The notes beneath the pieces were generated by a model, which was not told the DNA's origin, made no database searches, and saw only the letters and a program-made list of their open reading frames with translations. Positions 50,735 to 63,615 of a DNA stretch of 64,000 nt are shown here, piece by piece; position 1 is the stretch's first letter, and the number at the start of each line of letters is the position of its first letter. This stretch comes from Dicyema japonicum (lineage: Eukaryota; Animalia; Dicyemida), in NCBI GenBank assembly GCA_011109175.1, contig RDEW01000020.1, positions 1-64,000 of the forward strand, written 5' to 3'. Position numbers and translations under genes: made by a program.

Positions 50735-51349
50735 TTTACTTAATTTTAAATGTCGGTCAACTACTCGTGAAGATAACTGTGTACAGTAGCCAACTGACCT
50801 AACGCCATTCCCTTATCAAGTAACTATCAAATACTTCACTTGGTAGCGGCTATGGACCACCGACAAGAGCTGTTCCCATATTTCTTTAAGGGAATCAATT
50901 CAATTTGTACAAGAAATTAACAAACCCCTTCTATTAACACTTCTATCAGTGTCTTGGAAGTTATGCTTAAAAATAAACTTTCCTATTATCTTCGAGGAAT
51001 TACGGTTTTGAAAAATGTTTTTTATCTCCTAAAAACTAACCATCTCACAGCTGAATAGACGAATAGAGTGACAATGAAATTCGCTCTCAGAATGATTTCT
51101 TCTGTTCTTTAGGAAATCCACTATGTTCGCCGTGTCATGATCTGAAAATGGTCGGTCCTTCATCAGACATCCATTTTCAATCGACTTCCCATGTGAACAG
51201 AAGTGCAGACACTTTTGGGAAGTGATGAGGTCGTTCGATGAGCATATAGCAAAATGGCAAATAATAGCCAAATCATCAAATATTTCCTCCTTTCTAGGGT
51301 TTTCCGGGGTTATGTTAATAATTTTAATTTAATTTTTTTTAATTTAAAA

Positions 51350-52830
51350 ACCAAGAATCACAGACAAAAACAAAGAAAGGTATAGGTCGTCAGGTGGTCC
51401 CGACCTCCTTGAGCAGCCGCCTTATCTTTCCTCGGTGTTCCTCCCGAGTGCCTACACACTTCCTGTATGGACGAAGCACTTTTCGGAAGTTTGGGGGTTT
51501 TGGCTGAGCTCCCGTTCTCCTCACGAGTTCCTCGAACAGGGTTGGTTTTAATGACGAGGAGGATCTTTGTAGAGTTTTCATTACTGTCTCTTGGAAGGAG
51601 TTTAATTTCTTTAGGTTGGTGTGGGATATGTTAGTACCCATGCCGCGCAGCAGTAACTGACTGACGGAAGTATTTATTGGTAGTAGAGATGATCTACTGT
51701 TAGGTGGAACCATCTCTTGTAGTATCCAAGTAGCGTTTCTACTTTTGTAGTATCCAAGTAGTTTAATTTTTGCTGCGAAGAACACATGTTTGCTAAAGGT
51801 CATTAGTGGGTCATATGTGACTCCCAATATTTTGGTTGAATTTGTGGAGGGGATTGTTATTCCATTTAGGGTCAAAAAAAGTTGGTAAAGCCCGTAAGAG
51901 TATTCCACATCCTCGTAAGGGAGACTGTTTGTTTAAGGTGTACATAAGGTTATTCCAGTATCTTTCCTGTTTCATCTAAGCCTTGTATCTGATCTCTCTA
52001 CAAGGCTCGGATCCTCATCCTGGTTTCTCAAGACTGTTTCTGTAGACTTTTTAGGCAATTTCCTTCCTCATAAGTGAGTCGGGTGCGCGGGAAGGCTTCT
52101 TCTTTTGATAAATGTCCTCATGCCCTCACGCAGTAATTTTTGGGGAAGCAAGTGTCAGGTCGGGGAGGAAGTACTGTCGTTTGCTCTGTAGGGCGACTCT
52201 CGTTGTGAATCTGGGATTGTTTAATATTACAAGTTGGTTCAGCGTCGATAACAGGTGGGTTCCCCTGGCGTCTTTCGGTCGGTTTTTAAACCAAATCAGA
52301 TGTTTCGCGTTCAGGTCTCCACATACTAATAGGTTATTGGGCTGGACGATGTCTGGCAGTGAAAAGCTGTACAATTTGTGCCACGAACCGGGAGGAGGTA
52401 CGTAAAGGTTCAGTATTGTTAGGCATCCAAAGTAGGTTGATATTGAAATTCCGATATATTCAACGGGATGGGGGAAGTAGAGATGTGCTCTCTCAGTGAA
52501 AGGGATTTTTTTTGATAAGAGTGATGACTCCACCTCCACGGCCCGAGGGGCGGTCACGTCGAATAATGTTGTAGCCTGGGAAGACAGGGGAGGGAGTGGA
52601 GGAAGATAGTCTTGTTTATTGAAGTAGGCAAATGTATGTGTCCTGTTTTTCCAGGTCTTTGAGCTCCAGGACTTTCCATTTTATTCCATTAATGTTTAGT
52701 TGTAAGAGGACGAGGGCTTTTGGTAGACCACCATTCGGGTTTATATCTGCGGAGAGCATCAGCAGAGCTTCGACCAAGTTGGGTGAGGCAGGCCAATAGG
52801 TGGGCCGTCCAGGAAGGATAGTCTTCTGGA
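51350..52830 (-). mobile_element. Internally deleted Ingi/Vingi-like LINE (2A-like motif, APE, 3' end; no RT core)
   Basis: LLMLSADINPNG, LLQLNING, LNLYVPP, VCGDLNAKH, LPDLTLAS, then after a short linker KILGVTYDPLMTFSKHV and the family 3' tail. Confidence 0.75.
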
Positions 52831-54914
52831 ATAAAATGCAGTTTGTAATTACGCATATTAGTTTATAGCGAAGTTGTGAATGAACTTTTTTATTATTGAA
52901 TTAAAATTGTAACTTTATTTTACTTGCTTACCGCGTCTTCTCCTTGTTTGGATCGAATCTCTTTTTAGTACCAGGGGTCTGTCAATCTACAGAAGCATAA
53001 AATATTCAAATTATACGTTGTGAAGTTTTTTGTAAAGTCCGCAGGCATTACATACGGACTCTCTGGTGCTTGTCCTCCTCCACAAGCTTGTTTTAGTGGT
53101 TCCGCAGTTTGAGCAAACCAAATGCGACCTTTTAATAGACTAAACATGCAAATTTAGAATACGGGTTTATTTTCAGTCTTGGCAGTAGCCTCCTGACGAG
53201 TACAGGACCCGGTAAATCCGCAATAGACGCACATTCGTCTGTCAGAATTTTCACTGACTCCATTTTTGTTGCACATCTTGCAGATCGATAAACTTGGAGG
53301 AAAGTAGAAATCATTCGCTATTTTATAAATTCTAACTCAGACAGATATCGTAGTTGGGCCATCTAAGCTGATTATTGAGAGTTGTTGCTGGCAACATTTG
53401 ACTCGGAAACTCGGGTTTCCAAAAATAACCGCTTGGAGTTGAATTTCGCACAAAATAGCTGTTTGCAGGGCAATTTAGAGAATTCTGAAAATATAAAAAT
53501 TTGAAAAACTGCGTAAACTGCGGAGGTTTTGTCCTCAAAATTAAGAAATGGTTGAAATCTCTGACTGTAATCGAATGTTAGGTTCATCTTATTTTGGTGG
53601 TAATGGGGGTACATGTCATTATTTTTGGGAAATTTCAAATCCTGACTGAATTCGCCTATGTTATGTGAGTAATTCTAAAATTGATAAATCAGTTTACCCT
53701 TTCGACCATCGAAGTTCTTATCTTAGACAATTGCGGCTAAATCTGATATCAGTATTCGGAAATAACGCAATTTAACTACTACGGGGTAGATCATCTGCAG
53801 AAATGAGGACTATTTTTATCCACGTGGACACCTCGACTCTCAGTCATGCCCTGAATAAAACAGGAGATTAGTGACTTAAAATAAATTTAATTTCTTTAAT
53901 TGTAGAATATATTAAGATGTGACAGTTTGGTGCATGTCTGACTGAATTATAGCATTAAAACGACAATTAAGCACAGAAGTGACATAAAACGGATGCCATC
54001 GTTTAATAATAACCAATAACAAGTCAACGAGCTTTCCTTCCCATTTTGTACAAATTTTCAGTTAAAGTAATCTGCGTTACAATTATCTAAAAATTGTTTA
54101 TTTTAGATAAAAGATAAGTATATTTTGTTTATAAACGTGATGTCCAATTGGTTGTTGGAGCTCACGACTCAGTATGGCGAGGACACGACTATATTGAGGA
54201 TTTGATTCCATGCCTTTCTGCTTTTTGATTTTTTCAAATACTAAGAGGCGTCATGTGCTCCATCTGTCCAAGTAGAACCCTTTAGGAAATTCAAAAAATA
54301 TCAAATTTCTTTTCGTTTTTCAAGGCTGAAAGTGTATTTCTCAAAATTGAGAATATTCATAGTGTGTGACCGAAATGAGTTCTGTTCCACATTTGACATC
54401 TTTATTGCCGATATTGATAGACTAGACATGTCTGGTGAACCCTTTTTACCTGATAACCTGTATATCACATCGATTTCCAACCTAGAGGCTAAAGTGTGAA
54501 TAGCACAAGATTTGACATTTTTGTAGTATTATAATGACCTGTACTACCCGTGAGGGGTAACTTAAATTTTGTCTACTCAAATATTTTTCAAGATTTCAGA
54601 AAATATTCAAGATTCAGAAATTGTACTACTTTTAGGTTTCAAAAAATTTTACATCCCGTTTTGAAACCTATTCCTCATTTTGGGGATACCCAAATGTAGG
54701 GAGTTAGTTGAGGAATGAGAAGTCATGAAAAAAATATATTCGTGCTCTCATTTATCCAATCTAAAAATTAACTTTGATTATATTGAGCGCACTTTAGGGA
54801 TTTATGGTCGTGAGATTAGATAGCTAAGTTAGAATACAGATTTTTTTTACATCAAATATTAGATTTATTTCTCACTGGGGCTCACGTTAAAAGAGATAAA
54901 GAACTAAAATAATA

Positions 54915-55195
54915 ATAGTAACACCAGAGACCACGGTTACACAAATTAGCTAATAACGTGATCTCAGAGCGCTTTAACAGGGACCTCATATTGACCCGAC
55001 GCTCATCCCTCGACCCCACAAAAGCACGTATCGGTCGAGTGACTGAATCTTCGCAGTCACGAAGGCACGTTCCATGGTTTATTCATATCATGGCTTCAAG
55101 AGTCATTGGTGGCTAAAAGTCTCCAGAAATCCAGCATTCCGTGATTTTGAGGGCTCTTTTTCGGCTAGCCTCACTTCTTTCTCAAGTTTAGCTAA
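54915..55195 (-). mobile_element. Ingi/Vingi-like LINE 3' fragment
   Basis: GACCACGGTT...AATTAGCTAATAACGTGATC resembles the tail at 1630-1670. Confidence 0.5.
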
Positions 55196-55342
55196 TCTAA
55201 AAAATTAACTCGTGATAATTAATTAAATTGATTAATAAAAAATAATAAATTTTTATTAATTGAAATAAATAAGCAGATAACAGTTTGAATTATACACGTT
55301 ATTGTTCTTGTGTTGACATTGGAGTCATTTTGAATAAGACTA

Positions 55343-57430
55343 ATGCAAGCAACAATATTCAAAGAAATTACGTATTACAATCTTTCTACAGTAAAAGCTC
55401 TCCCTGATGTAACATTGCATACTCTAATCTCCTAGTGGATATCAGATCGAGAACGGAGGCACCTTAACCGAGATAACGCTGACTTGCGTGAAAGAGTACA
55501 ACTGGTTCAGGACTTAAACATGCCTTCTAGTTGTCATAACCTTCACATTACTCCCGATAAAGCTTATGTTTGGGCTACTGGTTATATTCTTTCTAATCTC
55601 CAGGTGCTTACAAACCAGTTGTGAAATGCTACGACCTTAAAGGAATGGTCCTTAAATTTGAACGAGGTGTAGACCACGTAGTTAAGAGCGTCTGCAGTCT
55701 TTCAGACGACTTTACAAAGGTTTAGCCATAATTATATTTTAGCCTGTTTTCCTAATGGCTGATCGATTTGTTGAATTCCATACGGGGAATGGATTGTTTC
55801 ATAGAATGCGAACTCCACATCAAGGATATGACCTTTCATTTTACCCACGTGGATCTGAATTGTTGATTCCTTCCAGTTCTTCTGATATTTACCGCCTAAA
55901 TTTACACCTGGGAAGATTTATGACTCCTCTTCAGTCCGCAGCTTCCTATGTGAATTGTTCAGATGTCTCTCAACACCACAATCTGGTCCTTTTCGGGACA
56001 TCTGAGGGATTTGTGGAGGCCTGTGATCCCAGAGTCGCCAAATTTGTGGGTAAACTTCAATTTCCCGAAAACTCCCCAATTACGGCATTAAAATGGGTGG
56101 ATGAATTGAAATTTGCAGCCGGTACCTCGACTGGCCACGTTTGTCGACTAATTATTATAGGTTCACCTCTACGACGTGAGGTCTAGCTTTCCCCTTCTTG
56201 TGAAGGACCATCATTATGGGCAACCGATAAAATGTATTGAGTACCACAATTCACAACGATTAATTCTATCGATGGACTTGAAGTCTCTCAGGATTTGGAA
56301 TGAGTCTAGGGTTCTTGATTGCTTTACTGTAAGGGAGAGACTGTGTGCAATATAGAAGGAGATGTCCCATATAACTGCTTCATTCGGTACCCCAACTCCG
56401 GACTCCTCCTGGTGGGCTCAGATCAGCCGGATATTGAGACTATATTTGTCCCAGTAATATATTTGGTGTTTCTTAGACTTTTGGACCAGCTCCCAGGTGG
56501 TGCTCGTATTTGGATCAGGTCGTGGACAATATTGAGTCCTCTAACAAGGAGAATTCAAGTAATCCTTGGCTTATTCCCAGTATACGACGACTATAAGTTT
56601 ATGACTCGCAACGATTTGGACGCTGCTGGGTTGGGTCACCTCATTGGAACCAAATATCTCAGGGCGTACATGCACGGATTCTTCATAACCACTCAGTTGT
56701 ACTCTAAGGTTGGAAGTGACCTAATTTTCAGTTGTGTTCTGTCCCTGAAGTGGCTCAGGTTGATAATGTAGAGGAGGAGGTTGAGTGCAAGAAAGTAAGG
56801 AAGGAGAAGCCCAAAGAGTCGTTTGTGTTTGTAAACAGCCACATTGCTGAGCGACTAGAAGATCAGGAGAACGTGTCCTCTGTATATTTTGGTTGTGAGG
56901 TTTTAGCTCATAAATGTGTACAAGGACGACCGTTTCTCCACCTTGTTTACTAACCCCGATATGACGATTGAACGAAGTAATCCCGAATATGCTATGCACG
57001 AGAAACTATATTCTAAGATTTTCAGACTGCCTGAGGTCTATTATTCTTTTATTCTTAGGCGAATGTGGAGGATGTCCTAATTGAGGGTGAAGAGCAGAGG
57101 AGAAGGTATGATGAGACCCTAAACAAACTTAAACATGTTAATGAAGGACCTGAAATTGTTTCTGAGTCGAAAGCTGTTCTTGTGTGTTCTTCAGCTCATC
57201 TTGATGATGTGACTGGAGCAAAGTCAATGGAGTCAAAGCGCGAAATTATGGAGACACGGATTGAGAAGGTCAAGGGGGATATTTGCACAAATGCTGAGGG
57301 AGGATTGACAAAGACTTTTAAGCCTCTGAAGAGACATGAATCCCGTCTGCAGAAACGTAATGAGCATCACAGACAAGAAAGGAAGAATGTTAGACGATCA
57401 GCTACTGGACTTTTCAAAAAACGAAAGTGA
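55343..57430 (+). CDS. NOL10: Nucleolar protein 10 (Enp2 ortholog)
   Basis: MQA...YYNLS...LPDW, VQLVQDLNMP, ATGAYKP, LKFERG, DRFVEFH, IYRLNLHLGRF, GPAPRWCSYLD, VYDDYKF, YLRAYMHGFF, DDRFS; introns of 22-27 nt. Confidence 0.95.
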
Positions 57431-58199
57431 TGATTTTTGATATTTTATTTTTAATGTATAAATATGTTTGAATAATTTATCAATTTTTAAAACCTATTTG
57501 TTGAAAGTATATTTGTAAAGTAAAGACATTGACCAGGTCGTAGTGGTCAGTGACGTTGCATTTAGCACACCGCTACCTACTTGTTTGGAGGGTTTCCCTC
57601 TGTCCTTACCTTCAATTTCTAGAAGTATCATTAGATACACTCGGGAGATACTAAAGGTCTGGCCAGCATACGAAAAGGATCTCTCTTCCCTAATCTAGTG
57701 GAGGGGTTCCTTAATGCGGATACTTGGAAGAAACATAATGTTGGGAAAGGGTACGTCCCATTTCGACCGAGGGAATTAGATAACCCAGATATGTCTTAGT
57801 TTACATTACAGCTACTTTTGGAACATTGTTAAATTGTACAAGTCAAATTTCGAGAATTATAAATATTTTGTATTAGTTTACAGATAATAAACTGCTAACA
57901 AATATTGCAGTCGGTAATCGATTTGAAGTGATTGTGCTAAGTGCTTTCATTTTCTAATAGGAGATGGAACTTTTCCCACTTTTTATATAAACAACGGACT
58001 TAAAGGACCTTCAATAAAAAAAGTTTCTGAAATACACTTTTAATCCAACAAATCTTACCTACCAAGAATTGAGGAACTACGATAGAGTCTGATTTGGAGT
58101 TACACCGAATTGAATGTTTTTGCATTATACAGATTATATAGCGAATTAAATAATAAGACGAACTTTTTTTTACATAGGGTTTTTTAATCAGTTTATCTC

Positions 58200-58883
58200 T
58201 AAATACAAATTTATAGTCAATTTTTCTGTTATTAGAATTGACAATCCACACTAAAACTAATACAAAAAATACTATTGGCACGAATCCCCGAGCGTCTTTC
58301 AGGTGCTTCGTTAAATAAAATATTAAAGGCAATTCTGCCAGCAGTCTGGATCGTTTGCGGCTCATGTCTTTTAACACTACAAGTAATGGAAAGTCAAGAC
58401 CGATCAATTATCTTTTTTTCAATCAAGGTTGAATTAAAGCCAATGCAAGCTGGATATTTCATAAACACTTCTCCTGTGCTGTTTATTTTCATCAAATTAG
58501 CTTCCATGTTGGTATCAACGCCGACGACTATAACTTCCTAAAATAGATAATAGTCAAAACAGTCCTAAATGTTAGACATTCCATAAAATCCGCAAGTTTA
58601 TGCCCAAAATAGGACACTGGAAATATACTGCCTTTTGGCGCATTATAGTGTTGGCTATTTGTCAGTTAAACGGAAACTTTATAATATCGAGAGATTTAGC
58701 ATGTAAATCGACAATCTCAGTTTCTATCCCGATCATTCCGACTAGTAGACAATCGGCGACTTGATATATTCTGCAGCAAAAATTAAAGGAGTCACGTTGA
58801 GGAATCTTGTTATCTCCAAGAGAATCAGAGGCAATAATTACGCAATCGGAATAAATAAAAGCAATAATTGCGTTACTAGTCAT
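58200..58883 (-). CDS. Divergent proteasome beta-subunit-like gene or pseudogene (beta3/beta6-like)
   Basis: NAIIAFIYSDCVIIASDS...RIYQVADCLLVGMIGIETEI...EVIVVGVD resembles the Ntn-fold beta strands; no N-terminal catalytic Thr; 3' end uncertain. Confidence 0.5.
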
Positions 58884-59227
58884 TTCTATATTATAAAATT
58901 GTGTAATTTATTTTTCTCATTTTATTTCTTTAGTGGTTTGCCAAAATAAAAAAATATTTTTTTATATTTTCAGGTTGGGATGGCGCAGTGTATAAGTGCT
59001 GGACAAAATCCTGATTGTTTCCGGGTTCAAATTTCGCTGCTGAACATTCCTGCTGAAAGCTCCACGCATGCTTTGGACTGACGAGTGGTGCCACCATCAG
59101 TGAATACTTATCACTGCGGAACCGACTCACACGTGACGAAAAAATAAAAAGTGAAGAAAATTCATTGGTTCCTTTTACTGTTAGTATCATAACTGTTCTT
59201 TACTATAATCCTGCCTATGCGAGGCTG

Positions 59228-61618
59228 CAGGGGGGCAAAAAAGTCACCCTTGCTAATTTTGACTAGATTTAATAATTCTCCTCAAAAATATTATTAAATA
59301 CTGTAGTTTAAAAAAATAAATGATAAATACAGGATTTTTTAGATTAATTGTTAAAAATCAAACACCCGACTAATAACAGTTCCGTGTTGTTTCCCATCGG
59401 GTAATAATTTTCCGAACAGTATTTTTTGTCAATGTCAACAATTTGGAAATCTCTCCAGAACTTTTACCTTTTTGGTGGGCCGTTACAACTCGTTGTTTTA
59501 GGTCCAAAGAATGCTCTTTCCTCACCGACATGATAATTTTAATACGGGAAAAAAATGAAAGTATAATTATATTAAATCAGAATCTATTAATCAGTTATAT
59601 TAAAAGAATTGTTAATCAATCATTTCAAAAAAAACAAGGACAAATCAGGTATGTTTTTTTATGTGGACAATCGAACATCAGGAAATATGGGATTAACTGC
59701 ACACAATGTGAATCATTCGCCATCTGGGCTGCATAAAAATGAGTAAAGCTTGCGCCGAGACGCTGTCGAGTTGGCTGTGCTCCTCTTGTATTGGAATGGA
59801 GGCCCCCAGGCGGGAAAAAATAACTCAGTCAAACTTTACACTGCCACATACAGACCATACTCTCTTGAAGATCTCGAACCTCAGGAAAGCCATGAAGATC
59901 CCAGTAAAAATCCCTAAAGGAGTACGAATTGCCGCAGCAACGTGTCTTTCAGATGCCATTGATCACGCACTATCCTATGACAGTTGGGACTCCTGGCTAA
60001 AACTTATATGCTTTGCACCTGTCGCACTCGGAATACCTACAAAGGAATCTGAAGACAATAATAAAGAAACAAACTCCCGACTCAACTTATCCGGGAAACT
60101 GAAGCGGAACATAATGAATTTTAGCTGTCATAACATACACGCAATACTTGAACAGCCACTTAATGTCAATGAGGTCGAAACCAGAGGAGCATACACCAAA
60201 GATGCCCCCAAAAAACTAAAGGAGAGAGTAAACCGGAAACTTTTGAAGGGCGACGTGCGGGCAGCCTTACGGTTATCACGTCCGATGACACAGTATTGTC
60301 TTGTACCCCGAGGTCCTAAATACCTTAATACTGAAGCACCCAGATGCAACGACTGACTATGAAAAGTTTTTGAATCCTGAAGGAACCCCAGAGATAATCA
60401 TTACCGAATCCGAAGTGCGCCACGGAATAACTTCCTTCGCGCTAGCAGCGGTGGAGGCTTGGAAGGACTACGTCCTGGCCATATTAAGGACCCTACGTCT
60501 ACTTACACCTCGGAAGTTGGACGCTGTTTTGTCAAATCAATTACTAACCTAATCAGAAAAATGGTTAACGGCGACATCCCAAAATATGCCAGAGAATTGC
60601 TTTTCTTCGCAAGGCTATTTGCTTTCAAAAAACCCAATGGAGGAATCCGCCCCATTGCGGTCGGGAACTATTTTAGAAGACTTGCAGCAAAAGTAGCATC
60701 GACCCTGGTGAGCTGACAACTCGGAGAGGAGTTCTTTCCTAAACAAATGGGTGTTAGTATCCAGAACAGATGTGAGGCTGCGGTTCATGCAGCAAGGCGT
60801 TTCTTCACACATAAAAATATTTCAAATGAATGCATTGGAATCAAGTTGGACATAACGAATGCCTTAATTCTCTCAGAAGAGATGAAATTATGAAAACGTG
60901 TTGGAAGAGGGCTCCAAAGCTTTTCCCTCTTGTCAATTTATCCTATGGGGAAGATACGTCTTTGGTTTTTGAAAATGAAATTATTAAATCAAAAACGGGT
61001 GTCCAACAAGGAGATCCGCTCGGACCTCTCTTATTTGCCCTGACCATTGATGAGGTTGTGAGATCAATTAATGCTCAGCTAAATCTCTGGTACCTCGATG
61101 AAGCCACAATTGGAGGATCGTTCAAGTAAACATACAATTCATTACGTAAAGCGTTACCCGCTTTAAAACATTTGGGCTTGGACATCAATGTTAACAAATC
61201 AGAGCTAATAAATGTCTCATATCCATACACCGACTTCCTCTCTATCAAGGAGTCTTTTAACGAACTGCTTCCTGGGATCCCGACTGTGCCAGTTGATAAA
61301 TTATATTTCCTCGGATGCCCACTCAGCGAAGAAGAACTCAAGAACCATCTACTTTCCAAAAATGAAGAATTAACACGCCTTGCGAAAAGATTGTCATGTC
61401 TCGACTCTCAATCCTCCGAGTTCTCGCAAGAACTCAGCCGTCATTGGACAAACGGCTCCAATGATTCGGTCGCAACAGGAGTAAATCGGTAGCGATCCCC
61501 GAGGCAAGAATATTTCTTGATTTTTAGGTTCTCCGCAAACTAAATCTAAAAAGTTATCATTATAAAATATGTCAAATTAAAAAAATGATAGGAGTGCCAT
61601 GAGCTATTTGCCCCACTG
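59228..61618 (-). mobile_element. Defective Tc1-like transposon containing a CRE insertion
   Basis: Inverted ends CAG(G/T)GGGGCAAA. Minus strand at about 59390-59531 reads MSVRKEHSLDLKQRVVTAHQKGKSSGEISKLLTLTKNTVRKIITRW, a Tc1 paired-like HTH. Confidence 0.75.
59640..61536 (+). mobile_element. CRE-clade non-LTR retrotransposon (PHD finger plus RT), frameshifted and 3' rearranged
   Basis: IPKGVRIAAA, GDVRAALR, GLRPGHIKD, KKPNGGIRPIAVG..FRRLAAK, GVQQGDPLGPLLF, WYLDE, GLDINVNKSE, LGCPL. Confidence 0.85.
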
Positions 61619-62149
61619 TATGTTTATTTTGGCTCTCGTAAAAAGAGATAGTTTTTTCCAGATTTTTAAAAATTATAAAATATCTGATACGTTGGTTTAT
61701 ACGAAGGGCTCAGATAAGCTCACTTTTGAAGCAATACTTCAAAGACAACAAAAAACAGCATCCAAACAGTAACATTTTTTTGGCTATATAGATGTCAAAA
61801 ACTTTCAACTTTAATAATTTTAGGCACTAATACAAGATCCCAGAGATCCCGGAGAGGGGAGACACCCCACGTGGGTAAAAATAAAAACTTGATTTTTTTC
61901 TAAACTACTTGTTTAAAAACTCTTCTTGCAAATGCAACAATAAAATACTTATTTCAAGTCTCCTAAGCACTTTAAATAAAAACTAGACACCTGAGTTATC
62001 GTTGTCATATATATACAACATTGAGCTTTAGTAAGTATACAAGTCTGGGCTGTGGAAGTCCCGGAAAAGACTAACGTCCTTTTTCAAATAATCGAATCTA
62101 CCGACAGGCCTTCCGCAGGAGCATGATCACGTGGAACAAGGAACGTGCA

Positions 62150-62750
62150 CAGGTGTCTAGTACAACTGCCAGCTATATCCTCTGGAACAGCCACTCGGTT
62201 TTGTGACGCTCGTTACTCACTTTCGATATCATAGATCCAAGTGAATTAGAAAAGAGACCTTCTTGAGCCCGAAGACTCCACTCGTGTCGACAATAACGGG
62301 TAGTGCACATAATCTGGTGGAGAGGTTGCTGTTTTCTTATTTTGGAATTCTCGAATTTTTGTGCAGTCTTTCCAGATTTCAACGTAGAGTCTGAAAGTCT
62401 TGGATGGGAAAAGGTGCATGCGCATCCCCGACCCCAAATCAGGCATTTCCCCGAGAGAAGGAACAGACAGTGATCTCGTCAAGGCATTTTCCATGTCCAT
62501 GATCCAGGCCCAACAGTTCCAGAGATACGGGAATCCAGCCACCTAAAGAATGTGCTCCACGGCCTTATTAATGGTGGCATGTCTCGGAAACCGGTCACTG
62601 CTGTGTCGGCAAGAGAGTAAGTGAAGTCCTTTACAGTCCATAACAGATCCACAGCTTCACGAATGAGGCTGCTATAGGTCGACCCCGAGACGAACGGAAA
62701 TATCTATTCAAAGGGCATCCTTATCCAGAAGGGAACAAATAGAAGATAAT
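62150..62750 (-). mobile_element. CRE-clade 3' fragment (RLE domain), distinct subfamily
   Basis: RHATINKAVEHIL, GKCLDEITVCSFSRG, PVIVDTSGVFG, TEWLFQRISLAVV read across frameshifts. Confidence 0.7.
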
Positions 62751-62835
62751 GAATACTAGCTGGTAGGGGGTAAAGCTAACAGAATCTGTTCTCGTTTATC
62801 GAGAGATTAAAAATTTGTGTGTTTTTTTATTTATT

Positions 62836-63615
62836 TAACCCAAGACCACGATAAAGCCAAACTAATTATTACGTGATCCCGATGAATTCTAACAGAGACT
62901 TCATCTTTGCCCGGTGTTCTTCCTAAGTGCCCGCATGAACGTACAGGACGGCTGCCTGAATTTTCAGGGCCACCTTCCTGTGATCTGGAGTCTAGTCTCA
63001 TAAGGGCCTCCAGAGGCGTAGGTCGGTTCGGTGATCATCACAAATCCAACGCTCCGTTTTTCCGTAAGCCCTCTTTTGCATTTCCTCAATTTTCCTCATA
63101 TTTGTCCAAGATATGGACGGTCCCCAAGAGGCGCATGCATATGAGAAACATGGCTCGATGTACTGTCTGTACACGTTCATCAAGACTGGGTGAGTACCAC
63201 TCTTCCATATTCCCGATAAACTTTTCAAAACGTTCAGTTTCTTCTCGCATTTCGATAGAATGCTTTCTACGTGTGGTGTCAAACAGAGATGCATATATTT
63301 TGTCACACCCAAGATCCTTTGACATCTGTTGAAAGGGATGTCGACCTTGTTTAACTTCAAGGTGACTGTCTTCCATCCCAATCTTTTGTCAGAGGTAAAT
63401 AGTGACGTAGACGACTTCTCTGCATTCACCACAAGCCGGTTTTCCACTATCCAGGCATTAAGCCTGTCAAGGTTAATTTGTATCCTTTCTGTGGCTTTCT
63501 GGATGTCCTGATCACGCGAAGCCAGCACAATATCATCCGCATGTAGAACATCATTATCAGATTCAAGAGTCGGGAGATCAGCCGAAAAGAGGTTAAACAG
63601 AACAGGGGATAAAGG
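62836..63615 (-). mobile_element. Ingi/Vingi-like LINE, RT to 3' end
   Basis: LSPVLFNLFSADLP, LHADDIVL, EKSSTSLFT, RILGV, YIEPCFSYACASW and the family 3' tail. Confidence 0.85.

Larger units (their letters stand above)
58974..61650 (+). mobile_element. Divergent tRNA-SINE split by the Tc1 element (58974-59227 and 61619-61650)
   Basis: A box TGGCGCAGTG, B box GGTTCAAAT, body TGACGAGTG..CATCAGTG. The tail CCTGCCTATGCGAGGC resumes as TA...TTTTGGCTCTCGTAAAA after 61618. Confidence 0.7.

Noticed and set aside
52900-53800. Cluster of short minus-strand ORFs
   Set aside because: Possibly a micro-intron gene, but I found no recognisable homology or reliable exon structure.
55327-55340. TTTGAATAAG before NOL10, similar to a tunicate spliced-leader end
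   Set aside because: A short AT-rich match with no adjacent GT donor or Sm site, expected by chance.
59085-59145. Hammerhead-like CTGACGA...GAAA in the tRNA-SINE body
   Set aside because: Stems II and III do not pair properly, and the other SINE copies have TTGACGA.
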